In this document: positions 50,223 through 62,755 of the stretch, piece after piece
Layout of the letters: each line of letters starts with the position of its first letter
Position numbering within the stretch: the stretch's first letter is position 1
From: Callorhinchus milii
Taxonomy: Eukaryota
Reading direction: 5' to 3'
Assembly (NCBI RefSeq): GCF_018977255.1
Contig: NW_024704743.1
Location: forward strand, 4,032,001 to 4,096,000
DNA: 64,000 nt
The notes under the pieces: model-generated
The model's input: only the letters and a program-made list of their open reading frames with translations
What the model was told of the DNA's origin: nothing
Databases searched by the model: none
Program-made: the position numbers and the translations under genes

Positions 50223-50709
50223 AGGTAAACTCGACACGCCGGGCAGGGAGATCGGGCACATTTCATTCCAAACATAGGGACATATCCACACATAAGTGAC
50301 ACACATATACAGAGCTTTGTCTGATTTGGATACTTTTAAATACTTGTTGGGTTTGCACGTGTGTCAGAACACCCATCTGACAGCAAAAATATTGTCTCCT
50401 CTCTCAAATACATGAATGCAAAAGGTTTTATAAATCACCCATCATGAAGATAACGCCTCTTGTAGGATGGTTTAAATCATCTCCAGATTTGCAGGTAAAC
50501 CACAAACACTGCCATTAAAAGCAGAAGTTTGAATTTGCCAGAAGCTGTTTTTCTGATGATATTGCAATAAGACCACCATCTGGTATCTTCTTGGGATAGA
50601 TCTTGCATTGGTGACAGTAACTCAGCAGTGAATTGATGCTCTTCTCAATCAGTTGTGCTTATCTGTTACTTAGCAGTAAGCAGTAGCAGTCCCCAGCAGT
50701 AGGGATTAT

Positions 50710-51555
50710 GATAGCATAGATGCATTTAAAGGGGAGTTAGATAAATACATGAGGGAGAAAGGAATACAACAACAACAGCAACCAGATTACATTTGTATAG
50801 CGCCTTTCACGTCGGTAGGACGTCCCAAGGTGCTGGACAGTGTGCAACATTTCAGACCCGAGCTGAGGTTGGGGGGAGAAGGGAAGGGAGGGTGGCCGAT
50901 GGCATGGTCGAAGAGGAGGGTCTTGAGACGGGACTTGAAGGAGGTTAAGGAGGGAGCGAGGCGGAGTGATTGGGGGATGGAATTCCAGAGGTTTGGGGCA
51001 GAGTGGCTGAAGGCTCTCCCGCCAATGGTGGGGCGGGTGGGTCGGGGGACATGGAACAGGCCGGAGCCGGCTGAGCGGAGGGAACGGGTGAGTTGGTAGG
51101 GGGTTTGGAGGTCGCAGAGGTAGGGTGGGGCGAGGCCATGGAGAGCTTTGTAGGTGAAGACCAGGATCTTGAACTGGAACCTCTGAAGGATAGGGAGCCA
51201 ACAAAGTCGGGCAAGAATGGGGGAGATGGGGTCACGGAGTTTGGTGCGGGAGAGGACACGGCTGCAGAGTTCGGGATGATCAGCAGTCTGTGGAGGGAGG
51301 AGTTGGGAAGGCCGACAAGCAGAGCGTTTGCATAGTCGAGCCTGGAGGTGATGAAGCCATGAACAAGAGTTTCAGCGCCTGAGGGGTGAGGTAGTGGCGG
51401 AGTCGGGTGATGTTACGGAGGTGAGGGAATAGAAGGTTATGCTGATAGGCTTAGTTGAGGAAAGCCAGGAGGAGGCTCATGTGGAGCAAGAACGCCAGCA
51501 TAGACCAGTTGGGCCGAATGGTCTGTTTCTATGCTGTATATTCTATGTAATGTAA
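50710..51555 (+). mobile_element. CR1 3' end split by an antisense L2 insertion
   Basis: CR1 atagcatagatgcatttaaagg...atgagggagaaaggaata resumes with gaaggttatgctg...gttgggccgaatggtctgtttc. Confidence 0.88.
50767..51425 (-). mobile_element. L2 (subfamily A) insertion with GGAATA TSD
   Basis: GGAATA at 50761-50766 and 51426-51431; reverse L2 C-terminus and (TTG)n tail. Confidence 0.92.
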
Positions 51556-53149
51556 TATGTAATATCCAGCTGTATTAATAATATTATGTTAACTCAATAT
51601 CTAGCAACCGTAGCCCCAAATCACTCAGGGTCTCAGCCTTACGACCACTGCCTTAAAATGTAAGACGTCATTGAGGATTTTTTTCTAAAAATTCTTCACC
51701 ACTCGACGTTCAACACCAATGGCCTTAAAATGACGTTTCGACCAAATGAAGGTGAAACCGTTGGGAAATAGCGGGTCTCTTGGATTTCTAAATCTTTACA
51801 TTATGTTATCCAATCTTTACCAACAAAATCGGCAAAGTCCGATTGGTGAAGAAAGGATAACGGGGGAGACATGTTAACAACAACAAATTGCGTGTCAAAA
51901 CCTTCTGAGTGCGGAGCGAAACCTTGTGGGCGATCACCAGATCGGTTCGGATGAAGGAGCTGTGTTTTTTTTAAATTAACCGGGGTGCTTAACCACCCTT
52001 CCTTGCCACCTTTGGGCAACGAAAATAGATTTCAGCCTGGCTTCACCCTTCACGTAAAAGAGAACTTAACTTTCGAGAACTGTGGGTGGGGGGGGGGTTC
52101 CCTTGAGAAAGAAGAAAACTAACACAGGTTAAATATAACTGAAGCAAAAACCATCGTTTTCTGCCAAAACTCACATGAACGCGTGCGATAAACATGCTGC
52201 GTCTTCCTTCCGTTTCACAGCGAGCTTCCCTGCGCTTAGCTGCGTTTAAGGATAAAATGGCAGCTCCCATCACATTAAACATCCATTGCCTGCAAAAATG
52301 TAGCCCGACGTTTAGTAGCGCATGAATAAATGATGCGCCAATGTGGTAGCGATTGTGTCGGTTTGCATTATTGATGGACGCCCTGAAGGAAACAGCAGCC
52401 GTTAAAAAAAAAAGTGGGTGGCGGAGGGGGGTTCGGGGTTGTGGAGTAGCCGGGTTTCTGTGAGGCGCATTGACAAGGCTGACTCATCTTTCAACCATCA
52501 GCATCTGCCCCCCCCCCCCCCCCCCCACCCCACACACCCCGCGTCCAGAAGGCGCCGAGGATCGGAACAGGTGGGCTCTCTCCACAACTGGGTCTCAAGA
52601 GGCCAACAGCTGAAGCTGGTGACTAGCCGTGTCTTCATACATCTTAGGACAACAAAAACATGACAAGATGACAGATAGCGGTTTTAATATACACTGACAA
52701 ACAAATTAGTGCAAAGATGCTTTCTACCGAACACCAGATGTGCTGAATTCTGTGATATGGAACAAGCGATGAAAAATTGTCAATCTCCCATCTGTGCCTT
52801 CTGCGTTATCAGGGTGTCGAGTGGAACTCTTTTTTGTGTCGTTGTCTTCCGTACTTAATAGGAATTTGCAAAGGACTGCGTAAGCGAAGGCTTCGTACTG
52901 TTTGCATACTTGGCGACGAGCTCTTTAGCAGCTCGTTAACAGCTCGTATCTCAAAATTCAATCTTTATTTCCCGCTACTGATCAGAGACTCGCAATCCAC
53001 CGGTTTACTTACTTATTTACTTATTTTCCTTCCTTCCTTCCTTTTTCTTTCTTTTAAGTCGCATTCCCTTCTCGTTCTTGCCAACCTTTTGCCTCTTGCT
53101 CGCGTCGGTCTGGCTCGGTTAGTTGCCTTGTGTTATTTTTTTACGCACC

Positions 53150-53805
53150 AACCACTGGGTGTTAAGCAAGGTTGCGGGTTTCAAAGCCCCACTTCGGGAA
53201 TTTGAACTCATATAGCCTATGGAGCACTCCTCTGTTGGAGTGGCCTTCCTTCAGGTGAGAAATTAAAGCCAGTCTCCCTGTTCAGGTCAACATTAAAGAT
53301 TCCATAACACCATAGGCTAACACAACAGTCAGTGTCCTACAACAATGTCCACAAACAATGTCCCACACAGGGACTAGCCAGGATTCCCTCCCACTGAACC
53401 ATACTGAACGTTAATAATTCCATGGCACCGTAGGCTAACACAACAGTCAACATCCTGCGACAACGTCCCACAAACAGCGTAGACATAAAACCATTTTATG
53501 TCTACGTTGATTACTTCAATGCAGTCCTGGGGGATGCGTTGCATTGTTGGAGGTGTCACCCTTCAGGTGAGACATTAAATTAAGGTCCTATCTGCTGGTT
53601 CGGTTAAACATTAAAGATTCCATGACACTACTCGAGAAGACGGATAAAATTTGTTCATTCACTTCATGGCTATTTGTGGGACATTGCTACCAGCAAATTG
53701 GCTGCCGTGTTTGCCTACAAATACACAGTAAAATCCCGTGAAACACTTTGAGACGTTTCAACGACACGATAAGGCGCTATACAACATTCAAGCATTATGA
53801 TTATT
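53150..53805 (+). mobile_element. Older Deu-domain SINE pieces with a local duplication
   Basis: Head/Deu at 53150-53310 and Deu/tail at 53515-53805; taggctaacacaacagtca is duplicated between them. Confidence 0.7.
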
Positions 53806-54633
53806 TTTATATTGACTTGGCTTACAGATGACCATTTAATGCACCGATCAGCTGCAAAAAACCGTCACACTCTGGAAATGAATAGGGTCTTAAGAGATGC
53901 ATTCATTTACCTTTAAACGTAAATGTCTGTATAAGAATAAGAATAATAAAGTTATTATTGTGCTCTATACGCTGTGTGTATATGCTGTTGGTCGCGTGAT
54001 TGAGGATGCATTGATGAATGACAGAGAGAAAGATCCCTGTGCTTTCAAAGATGCTTATTATGATCGCAATTTATAACACTTAAGGTGCACAGAAGGTGCT
54101 TTCACATCGGGCTCTGCACTGAGAATAAGATGCCCATAGTCTTGCTTTCGAATCGGGTTTTGCACCGATATAAATGTCCCCCTGACAGACCGTTTTGTTT
54201 CGGTGAACTCTCCCTGCGGATGCTTTCACAGAATAATTCTTACTTGCGCCGTTCATGTCGGGAGGACGTCTCAAAAGTGCTTCACAGGATTCAGTGCAAA
54301 GTGTAACCTGAAGTAGATGTGATAGATATGGCGGTGGGGGGCGGTGGGGGGGGTGTGGGCAATAGTAACTGCTGAGGGTTTCTGACAGACACTGATTGTG
54401 CCTGTTGTACCTGAATGCACTTAGACTTATATCTTTGCCGGTGTCAAGAACAGAAATTCAAAGCCTCCTACCCACGCTAAAGTGAATGCTAAACGTATCA
54501 CCTCACCAATGCCTGCCATTAGCGAGATGCTGGTTTTTTCCTGCTCACGGCTTTGTCGTGCTGTAGGGGGTGGGGTTGGTGGCTCAGAGACCCCAGCGTG
54601 TCGTGAAAGGTTAAGCGCAACCCGAACGCTTAC

Positions 54634-54771
54634 CTCTTTCAAGAGCGAGCGCACCTGGTTATTTTCTTCTCCGCTCCTTTGTTCCGAACGCTGACTGGGG
54701 TTTGCGGAGAAAGCACTTCAGTGCAGAGGGCGTTGTTTCAAGTACTCGGTGTCAACGGTCGGTCTACCCAG
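54634..54771 (-). other. Candidate non-coding (5'UTR or lncRNA) exon, 138 nt
   Basis: Strong acceptor tctctctatatcctgttcttcttcag, consensus donor GAG|GTAAGC; no ATG; stop codons in all three frames. Confidence 0.55.
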
Positions 54772-54968
54772 CTGAAGAAGAACAGGATATAGAGAGATAT
54801 ATATAAAAAAAGAAGCGGGAGAAATTGAGGATGGTAACCGCCATCGATTTAACCTTCATAACCACCTTCTCAACTGTAGTCGAAAATAAAAGCCCTAACT
54901 TTCTCAAGTCTCTCTTCGTAACGCAATGCCAGAGTAGCCCCGTTAGAACACGTTTTTGTCGGATTCAC

Positions 54969-55260
54969 CGTGACACGACAGGAAGTCGCATCAACACTGA
55001 CCAGAGTGAGAGGAAGTCAGCTATTTTTCCTTCCCGCACCCCCCCCTCCCCACTAAAAATGGCCCCTTTCTGGATCGCGTCACTTCCTGGGTTGCACGTA
55101 TATACGGGGCACGGCAAGCGACTGTGATGACTTCGGTGACCCAGAAATTGGCCTTTGTGTAAAAAGCGGTGGAGCCAACTGGCTGGCGGGGAGGAAACTG
55201 GCCGACAACGCACGAGGAGTAGCGAAACTGGCGTTAAGGCAGGTTGGGATTTTAAGGACC
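54969..55260 (-). promoter_or_regulatory. Candidate CpG-rich, ETS-rich promoter and first exon
   Basis: CAGGAAGT ~54979, GAGGAAGT ~55010, ACTTCCTG ~55082, AAAATGGC (YY1-like) ~55056, TATATA ~55099; possible donor ACG|GTGAAT at 54969/54968, 197 nt from the next exon. Confidence 0.45.
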
Positions 55261-56063
55261 CCGACCATCGCATCACCTCGAGACTCCTCTGTCGTTTTCT
55301 TTTTAAGCAATACGCTAACTTGTGTTTATTAACTCTGCAGGTCATTCAAGCAGAAACCAAAAGGCCATCAATAATGATTTGATTCTTGGGTTCTTTTTGT
55401 TCTAAAAAAAAAACCTGTTTAGGCTGTAATTGTAGTTTGGCTCTTCCCAGGCAAGCAGCAGCTGTGCCTGTTCTGTGTCTCAGGTTAGTCTGCTCTCCGA
55501 ACTGCAATCTTAAGTATAGCGGAGAATGAAAAGGAAGCAGGGCCCATGAATCATCAGAGGTCAATGTCACGCTGAAGTCTTTAGCAAGCAGGAAGGCAGC
55601 CAGTTAAGAGCAATAGATGGTATTCTGTTAAACTTCTGTAGCGTGAAGTATGGTTCAGCGGAAGGGAACCCTGGCTCGTCCCTGTCACTTATGTAAAGTG
55701 TTTGAATGGATCTGAACAAAAAGGCTCTTTCTTTTCAATTTCATGCTTACATGTTCAAAGGTCAGCCGAGGTGCCCTTTCAACAAGATGGTAAGGTTGTA
55801 TTTTTATGAGCTCCTGGCGCAATAAAATGAGATGGGAGATATTTTCAGGTTTCAGGGTGTTTCTGCACGTTCTCTTAGACTCAGACCCCTTCGTTGGGTA
55901 AGTAAGGAGCTTAGAGGAGTCTGAAAGCATGTGCTGTTCCAAACCATTTGGTTGGAGAAATAAATGATATTTAATAACACTTGATATTTGTTATGGAGCC
56001 TTTATCTGTAACGCCAAGATGCTACCCTGCGTGAAGGGTACTATACAAATGTTAATCGTTGTT

Positions 56064-56198
56064 ATATAGTGTCTTATCACAGTGAGGCATTTGATACGTA
56101 GCACCTTATCACAGTGGGACATCTGGTACAGTGCCTTAGCACAGTGAGATATTTGGTATAGAGTTTTACCAGTGACGTATTTGGTGTAGCACGTCACA
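56064..56198. repeat. ~30 bp minisatellite (4-5 units) derived from the SINE tail
   Basis: Units such as gcatttgatacgtagcaccttatcacagtggg and acatctggtacagtgccttagcacagtgag resemble the reverse SINE tail gcatttgatatagcgccttatcac. Confidence 0.75.
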
Positions 56199-56271
56199 CA
56201 AATGACTTTGAAGTTCAGAGACTTGTTGTGGAGGCAAAGGCACTTATACAGCTCTTTTTACATGGTTAAAT

Positions 56272-56715
56272 GTCCTTGCATTTAATATAGCAGCTTATCA
56301 CGTAGTCGAGACATCTCAAAGCGCTTCATGTGATTGACTGTAAAGTGTTTTGACTGTGTGTTTTGTAGGTGAACAACGCAGCAGATTTTTGCACAGCAAT
56401 GTCCCCAAATCAGCAATAAAGTGGATGACCAATTTTACTTGGGGGATTGTTAGCCAGGACATTGGGAGAAACTTTCTTCCCTTTCGAATGGTGGCATGGG
56501 ATATGTAACAATCCACCTAAACAGGCCCATCGGACTTTGTTTTACCCCCTCATCTGAAGGATGGCATCTCCAACACTGCAGCTCTCCTTCACCCCCACCC
56601 CCCCAGCATTGCATTGGAGTGCTTACATCCTGAGTTCCAAGTCCCAACGTGGAGTTTAAACGCACAACCTTCTAACTCAGAGGTGAGGATGCTACCAACT
56701 GAATCAGGCTGGCAC
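56272..56715 (-). mobile_element. Older Deu-domain SINE, full length
   Basis: Reverse tail, complete Deu domain and head (cacaaccttctaactcagaggtgaggatgctaccaactgaatcaggctg). Confidence 0.88.
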
Positions 56716-57039
56716 CTAAAGTGAAGTGGGAGCCAGAACAGAGCGGGCGGCTGGGGAGAGAGAGGTGGGAGGGGAGTGTAGCTAACCTGAAAGGCAGCAA
56801 CTAACCTATGTCAGCGATGTCTCACACACCAATAAGATGAACGATCAATTCTAATTCCACTGTATTCGCAAACCAAAAAGTCCCAATTAGAGACTTGAAT
56901 CCATTTTGTGGATAGTAGAGTCAAATCCCCAGCAAATGGGGGAAAGAGATAGTCATTCACGGTAGGAGATGGATCCTTTTTGTTATGGGTTACCCTAAGT
57001 CAGCGGTATGTTCTCCTATGTCATGTACATGCAAAGCCT

Positions 57040-57417
57040 GTGGAGTCTTGTAGCTCAGTGGTTAGAGCACTCGCCTCGCAAGTGAGAGTCTTGGGTTCAT
57101 TCCCAGGCAGGGCAAAACCTTGGGCAAGTTTCCTTACTCCACACGCCTCTGTTTACCTCACAGTAAGTAGGAACCTGGTTGTTAGTCGATTGGCAGATTG
57201 CTTTTCTGGCGGTAATAATTCCTTCAAAAAAAATAATAATAATAAATTGGTCACTCAATCCACGACTGTTTGTGGGACGCTGCCGTGCGCAATTGGCTGC
57301 CACGTTTCGCCCTCAAAATATACAGTCGATTCACTTTACAGTATATTCTGTGAAGCGCTTTGAGATGTCTTGAAGACGTGATAAGGCGCTGTATCAAACG
57401 CAAGGATTATTATTATT
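57040..57417 (+). mobile_element. Full young tRNA-SINE, long subfamily
   Basis: Complete copy; possible AAAGC TSD. Confidence 0.93.
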
Positions 57418-57569
57418 TTTAAAGCTAAATTCCCTTTACTCTACCTTCTAACAATGTGCCTCCAACCCCTCACCTCCCCGACCCCCATTCCGTTACTCAC
57501 GTACCAGCCAGCCTGTAGCTCCTCTGAACGAGATTATCAATTTAGTACCAAGGTGAAGGTAGGTTTGGA

Positions 57570-57705
57570 CTCTGATCCCAAGCCCAATAGACAGTGAATT
57601 GAAACTGATCCCAACTCATTTCACATTGAACCCTTCCAGTCAGCGGGCAGGCAGAGAAAACGTTGATCCCATCAATCGTGGCTGGATTCAAGCCCACGTC
57701 CCAGT
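57570..57705 (-). mobile_element. LF-SINE-like relic
   Basis: Reverse has gaatccagcc, then ~53 nt, then atgtgaaatgagttgg, matching the LF-SINE blocks and spacing as I recall them. Confidence 0.6.
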
Positions 57706-57910
57706 CCTGTGTGGATTCAAATTGCACTTTAAGTGTCTATTGTAGTTCTATAAGGTTAATATTCCAGTGATTAATCTTTCCCGTAGCCTGAGTAGCTTTG
57801 TTACTGTAACTTTAGTGTTTGTTTCTATGTCACAGCCACAGCAGCCGAAGACAAACTAAACCAGTCACCCCCACAGAGCTAGGAATTTGCCCAGACCTAC
57901 TGGCAATTTA

Positions 57911-58267
57911 ATAATAATAGTAATTATCACATCTTCGAGACGTCTCAAAGCGCTTCACAGCATATACTGTAAAGTAAATTGACTGTATATTTTGTGGGCG
58001 AAACGCGGCAGCCAATTGCGCACAGCAGCGTCCCCGCAAACAGTGGATTGAAGTGACCAATTTATTATTATTATTTTGTTTTGAAGGAATTATTACCCCC
58101 GGAAAAGCGATCCGCCAATCGACTAACAACCGGGTTCCTACTTACTGCTCGATAAACAGAGGCGTGCGGAGTAAGAAACTTACCCAACGTTTCGTCCTGC
58201 CCGGGAATCGAACCCAGGTCTCTCGCTTGCGAGGCGAGCACTCTAACCACTGAGCTACAGGACTCCA
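57911..58267 (-). mobile_element. Full young tRNA-SINE with CAATTTA TSD
   Basis: CAATTTA at 57904-57910 and 58268-58274; intact A and B boxes. Confidence 0.93.
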
Positions 58268-59416
58268 CAATTTAGTGGGTGATACAAAATGCGCTGGTTT
58301 AAGTCCAATGTTTTACAATCAAATCCTTTTATTGTCTTACCTGTATTGTGTGTCAACAAAGATGCGCTAATTCTCTCATAGAGATCAGCGTGCGGCGCGG
58401 GGGTGGGGGGAAGAATAAAACTATAAAGACAGTATTAACGTTTTACAAGCAGTAAAAATACAGTCTCCTTATGTGTGCCAGGGAAACGTTCAGTCAACAG
58501 ACAATTACGAATACATTATCATAAAAGATATCATTCAAATGTTAGATGAACAGTTGTTAATCCACGTCTAATTCTCCCTGAACAAACTCGGTTGATACAG
58601 GCAAATTTTTGTGGCAAAAAAGTAATTTAGCTCTGACTGAATGATAAACGCTTGTGTGTGCCTTTCCCCCCCCACCCCCGACAAAATGTAGGACATTCAG
58701 TCAATTCAAGGGCAGGCTGTATGTCGTCTCTGTTCCCCCGTTCCGACAAAGAACACACGGGAATGTTCGCTGTACGCATGTCGGACAGAACGCAAAGGCG
58801 CCCAGAGCCAAACAGGAATCGCACTCGGGTTTAGTTCCAAAATTAGCCGCTCAGTCACTTTGGAGCAAATCAAATTTGCTCTCTGGGCGCAGAGTATTTT
58901 CCAGTGGGTTTTCGCGGCAGTGGTTTAAGCTGATCGTTTCACTCAGCGCACAGCATGTTGCTGACACAATAGTGTCACCTACGTCTAGCGTCGTTTAACA
59001 CAACGAAATGCCACTCGAGAATTTCCCAGGTCCTGACTTGCTCGTTCCCCCCTAATCCAACGGACACCCCTTGTACAATCAGGAACGTTGTCTGCTCGTA
59101 ATGAAAATCGGAGCAGAGGTTTTCTGCTTGTCGAGGTGGCAAGGACAAAGAAAATGCACTCTGCGCATAACAGCACCGACACCAACAACATTTGTAGGGT
59201 CCTTTACATGGGGTAGCTTCTCAGATCACTGCAAACTACCGTGAGATGTCACGAGGAATTCATCCCGTCTCTCTTAACTCCATCAAGGGTTTCATTGTGG
59301 GGTTTTAAAAGCATTGCCTTCTTGTTCAGCTACAGAGCAAGTCAGCGGCAGATTCACAGACCTGAACAAGCAGTATTTTTTTAAATAAAAAAAGACAGCA
59401 TGTTAGCCCTACAGTT

Positions 59417-59789
59417 AATAATAATACTAATCCTTGCATTTGATATAGAGCCTTCCCATGTCTTCGAGATGTCGCAAAGCCCTTCACAGGATATACTGTA
59501 AAGTGAATTGACTATGTTTTGTGGGCAAAACGCAGCATCCGATTGGGCACAGCAGCGTCCCCACGAACAGTCGTGGATTAAGTGAACAAATTATTATTTT
59601 TTTCAAGGAATTATTACTACCTCTGGAAAACGATCCACCAATCGACTAACAACAGGTTCCTACTCACTGCCAGGTAAACAGAGGAGTGTGGAGTAGTGAA
59701 GCTTGGCCAACATTTCGCCCTGCCCGGGAATCGAACCCAGGTCCTCTCGCTTGCGAGGCGAGTGCTCTAACCACTAAGCTACAGGACCC
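59417..59789 (-). mobile_element. Full young tRNA-SINE, long subfamily
   Basis: Complete reverse copy. Confidence 0.92.
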
Positions 59790-59809
59790 AAATTAGGAGA
59801 GAACAAATA

Positions 59810-60400
59810 ATGCAGCGGCTTGTCTGGACAAGAGAGTCTGCTGTAAGCAACAATTAGACAAGCAAGGGCTCTTGAGTCTTAAAAGGAGACTTCTCAGTGG
59901 AGGCCTTACGGAGGTGGGTGGATTTAAGCGCGAAGAATTTGCTAGGCGGAAGGTCTTTTTCGCCTTCCACCATCTTAGCAGTCGCTTGACATGTCGGGTC
60001 CCAAACTATACGTTGTATCCTGAGATATAATTTTAACTGGTCTTTAAAATGATGAAAGGTTTTGATGGGGTAGACATTGGGAAGATGTTCCCACTTTTGG
60101 GGGAGTCCAAAACCAGGGGCCATCAATATAAAATAGTCCCAAATAGATCAAATAAGGAAGTTAGAAGAAATTTCTTCACACAGAGAGTAGTGGGAATGTG
60201 GAACATGCGACCACAAGGAGTTTTTGAGGCAAATAGCATAGATGTATTTAAGGGTAAGCCAGAGAGGTACATGAGGGAGAAAGGAATAGAAGGTTATGCT
60301 TGAAGGCTTAGTTGAGGAAGGGAGGAGGGGCTCATGTGGAGCATAAACACTGGCATAGACCGGTTGGGCCGAATGGCCTGTTTCTGTGCTGTATATAAGT
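59810..60400 (+). mobile_element. CR1 LINE 3' end with a ~125 bp insert
   Basis: LDKQGLLSLKRRLLSGGLTEV, then the insert, then FKMMKGFDGVD...ESKTRGH...RRNFFTQRVVGMWN and the CR1 tail ttgggccgaatggcctgtttctgtgctgta. Confidence 0.9.
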
Positions 60401-60702
60401 AAAGTAAAGTAGAATATTCACATGGATCTCAAGCCAAAAAGACTTTGACATCTAAGAAGCATTCTGGCAGCATCACCACATCTGGACGTCAGCAAAGGAG
60501 CCAGTGTTTTCTCCGGGGAATCCCTGCATGGTGCACAGGATTGTTCTCCGATGACATTTCAGCTCCGAGCTGGTCTTACAACCAGCTTTCAAGTTGAGAC
60601 TAGATTGTAGAATGTTTCACAATTCTGTGCAATTATAAATTTTCAGACAAAATGTTCTCGGGCCTCCAGAGCTACTGGTGGAATCTCAGGCCTCCAAGCA
60701 AA

Positions 60703-60935
60703 TGTGGAGTCCCGTAGTCTAGTGGTTAGCGCTAGCGAGAGGACCCAAGTTTGATTCCCGGGCTGGGCAAAACCTTAGGCAAGTTTCCTTACTCCATACA
60801 GCTGTTGGCACTTGGCTCCCACATTTCGCCCACAAATACACAGTCAATCCACATTACAATATATTCTGGGAAGCCCTTTTAATCGTCTCAACGACGCGAT
60901 GAAGCTCTATATCAAATGCAAGGATTCTGATTATT
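60703..60935 (+). mobile_element. Young SINE, internally deleted
   Basis: Head gtggagtcccgtagtctagtggttag and the tail are present. Confidence 0.8.
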
Positions 60936-62374
60936 AAATGTTTTGTTTCGTTCATTTTTCTCCCCCAAATTTCCACCCACCCCTCGTTCCACAGGCATCA
61001 AGAGGTGTAAGGCAACTAGTCCTAGGGGGTCATTGACCATGTGAGTGATTCATAAATAAATAAATAAATAAATGAATAAATCTTCCCGTGAGTGAACGTG
61101 TGCCTTGACAGTGAATGTTGGCCCATTTCTTTTTAAGATATATAGTTTATGAATAGAAAATCATTGAGATTGATGCACTGTTAACTGGGCTAAAATGACA
61201 TGGTCCTCATGCAGTTGCCCTTGAACTCCCAGTAGTCAGTGAAATTTACTGGCAAATTTATTAGCGCTCCCTTCATGTAACATATCCTAACTTGCCATGT
61301 GAATTAGGTTTTAGCACTGACTTGCAGGCACTGCACGCTGGGATGTCTGATGATGGGTAGCATTAGCTAAAGCGAGTAACTTAAATGCTTTGCCTGGTCC
61401 GGTAGTCTGTATATTGAGACCTGCTATTTTGATAACAATAACCTTTGCATTCCATATCGCGCTTTATCACGTAGCCAAAAGCGCTTCGCAGGATTTATTA
61501 ATGATAACGATGATAATGATCCTTACATTTATCGTACGTAAACTGCAATCTAACAGCTTAAGACAAATGTGGTCTCACAGGCTAAGACTTGGAGATTTTG
61601 GGGCAGCAGGAACCTTGGTGTAGTCTTCAGTTTGAGAGCAGATATGCAACATTTATTTGCAAAAAATGGCTCCTTATTGGCCCTGATCGGTCATACATAT
61701 TAATTTAACTCTGCTGCAGCGCAGCTGGGAAAGAGATGATAGCAGAACCACAACACACAAAAAAAAAAGGGTAAGAACCTCAGATATCTGAAAATGTCTT
61801 CTCTGTATTGAGACGCACATCACATCTTCACATGACACATCTTTCGACTGAATAACATTTGTCTTTAGCGCTGTTTGGAAGATCAAAGACTCACACTCCA
61901 TAGATAATAATGGATTTTCTAGTTTCATTTTATTGCCTGATTTAATCTGCATTAAGCAGCTTTAAAAAATAGAGTGTGAAGAGAATTTAATTCTTTTGAG
62001 CTCATAATTTTATTCCTCAGTAACACTTCAATGGACCTAGATGCAGAGCCAATCTAATGCCAGTCTCTGTCACTTCATTAACTGTAAAGTGCTGGAGCCC
62101 ATGTGAACTCGTAGATAATAAATTGCATGGCAACATTGAGCTGGGAATGTTCCTAGGTCTTGTTCATTAATAATATTTCTGCTCCTTTAACTGAAAGGAC
62201 AAGTTTGTAATCTTAACATTTCCAAACGCTGCCAAAATTTCCAATTTCCACAGAACGCGTCTCAAAGTCGAGACCCTCTGAAACATTTGACCGCAGAAGA
62301 CTGCTGTACAATACAGCCCGTTGTGCACTCAGTGACGTAAAATGATATCCCGCTCTGCAAATAAAAAAAAACTA

Positions 62375-62755
62375 ACAATAATAATCCTTTCGTTTGTGTC
62401 AGGAGGACGTCTCAAAAGGCTGTACTTTAAAACTGTCGAAGGCAAACACAGCAGCCAATTTGGATACAGCAACGGCCCACAGATCGCCATGTCCACAATT
62501 TTATTTGGGGGGAATTGATGGCTGGGAGCGACATCAGGAGAAACTCCCTTCTCTTTTTGAATAGCGCCATGGGATCTTTAACGTCCGCCTGAACTAGTAG
62601 ACGGGACCTCAGTTCTCAAAAGGACGACACTTCTAGAGTGGCAAAATATCCGTCAGCAATGCACTAGAGTGTCAGCCTTGACAATGCGAGTTCAAAGTCC
62701 CGAGATGAGGCTTGAACCCACAACTTTTTGACTCAAAGTGAATGCGCTACCACTG
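62375..62755 (-). mobile_element. Older Deu-domain SINE, near full length
   Basis: gaatagcgccatgggatctttaacgtccgcctgaac...ggcttgaacccacaactttttgactc. Confidence 0.82.
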
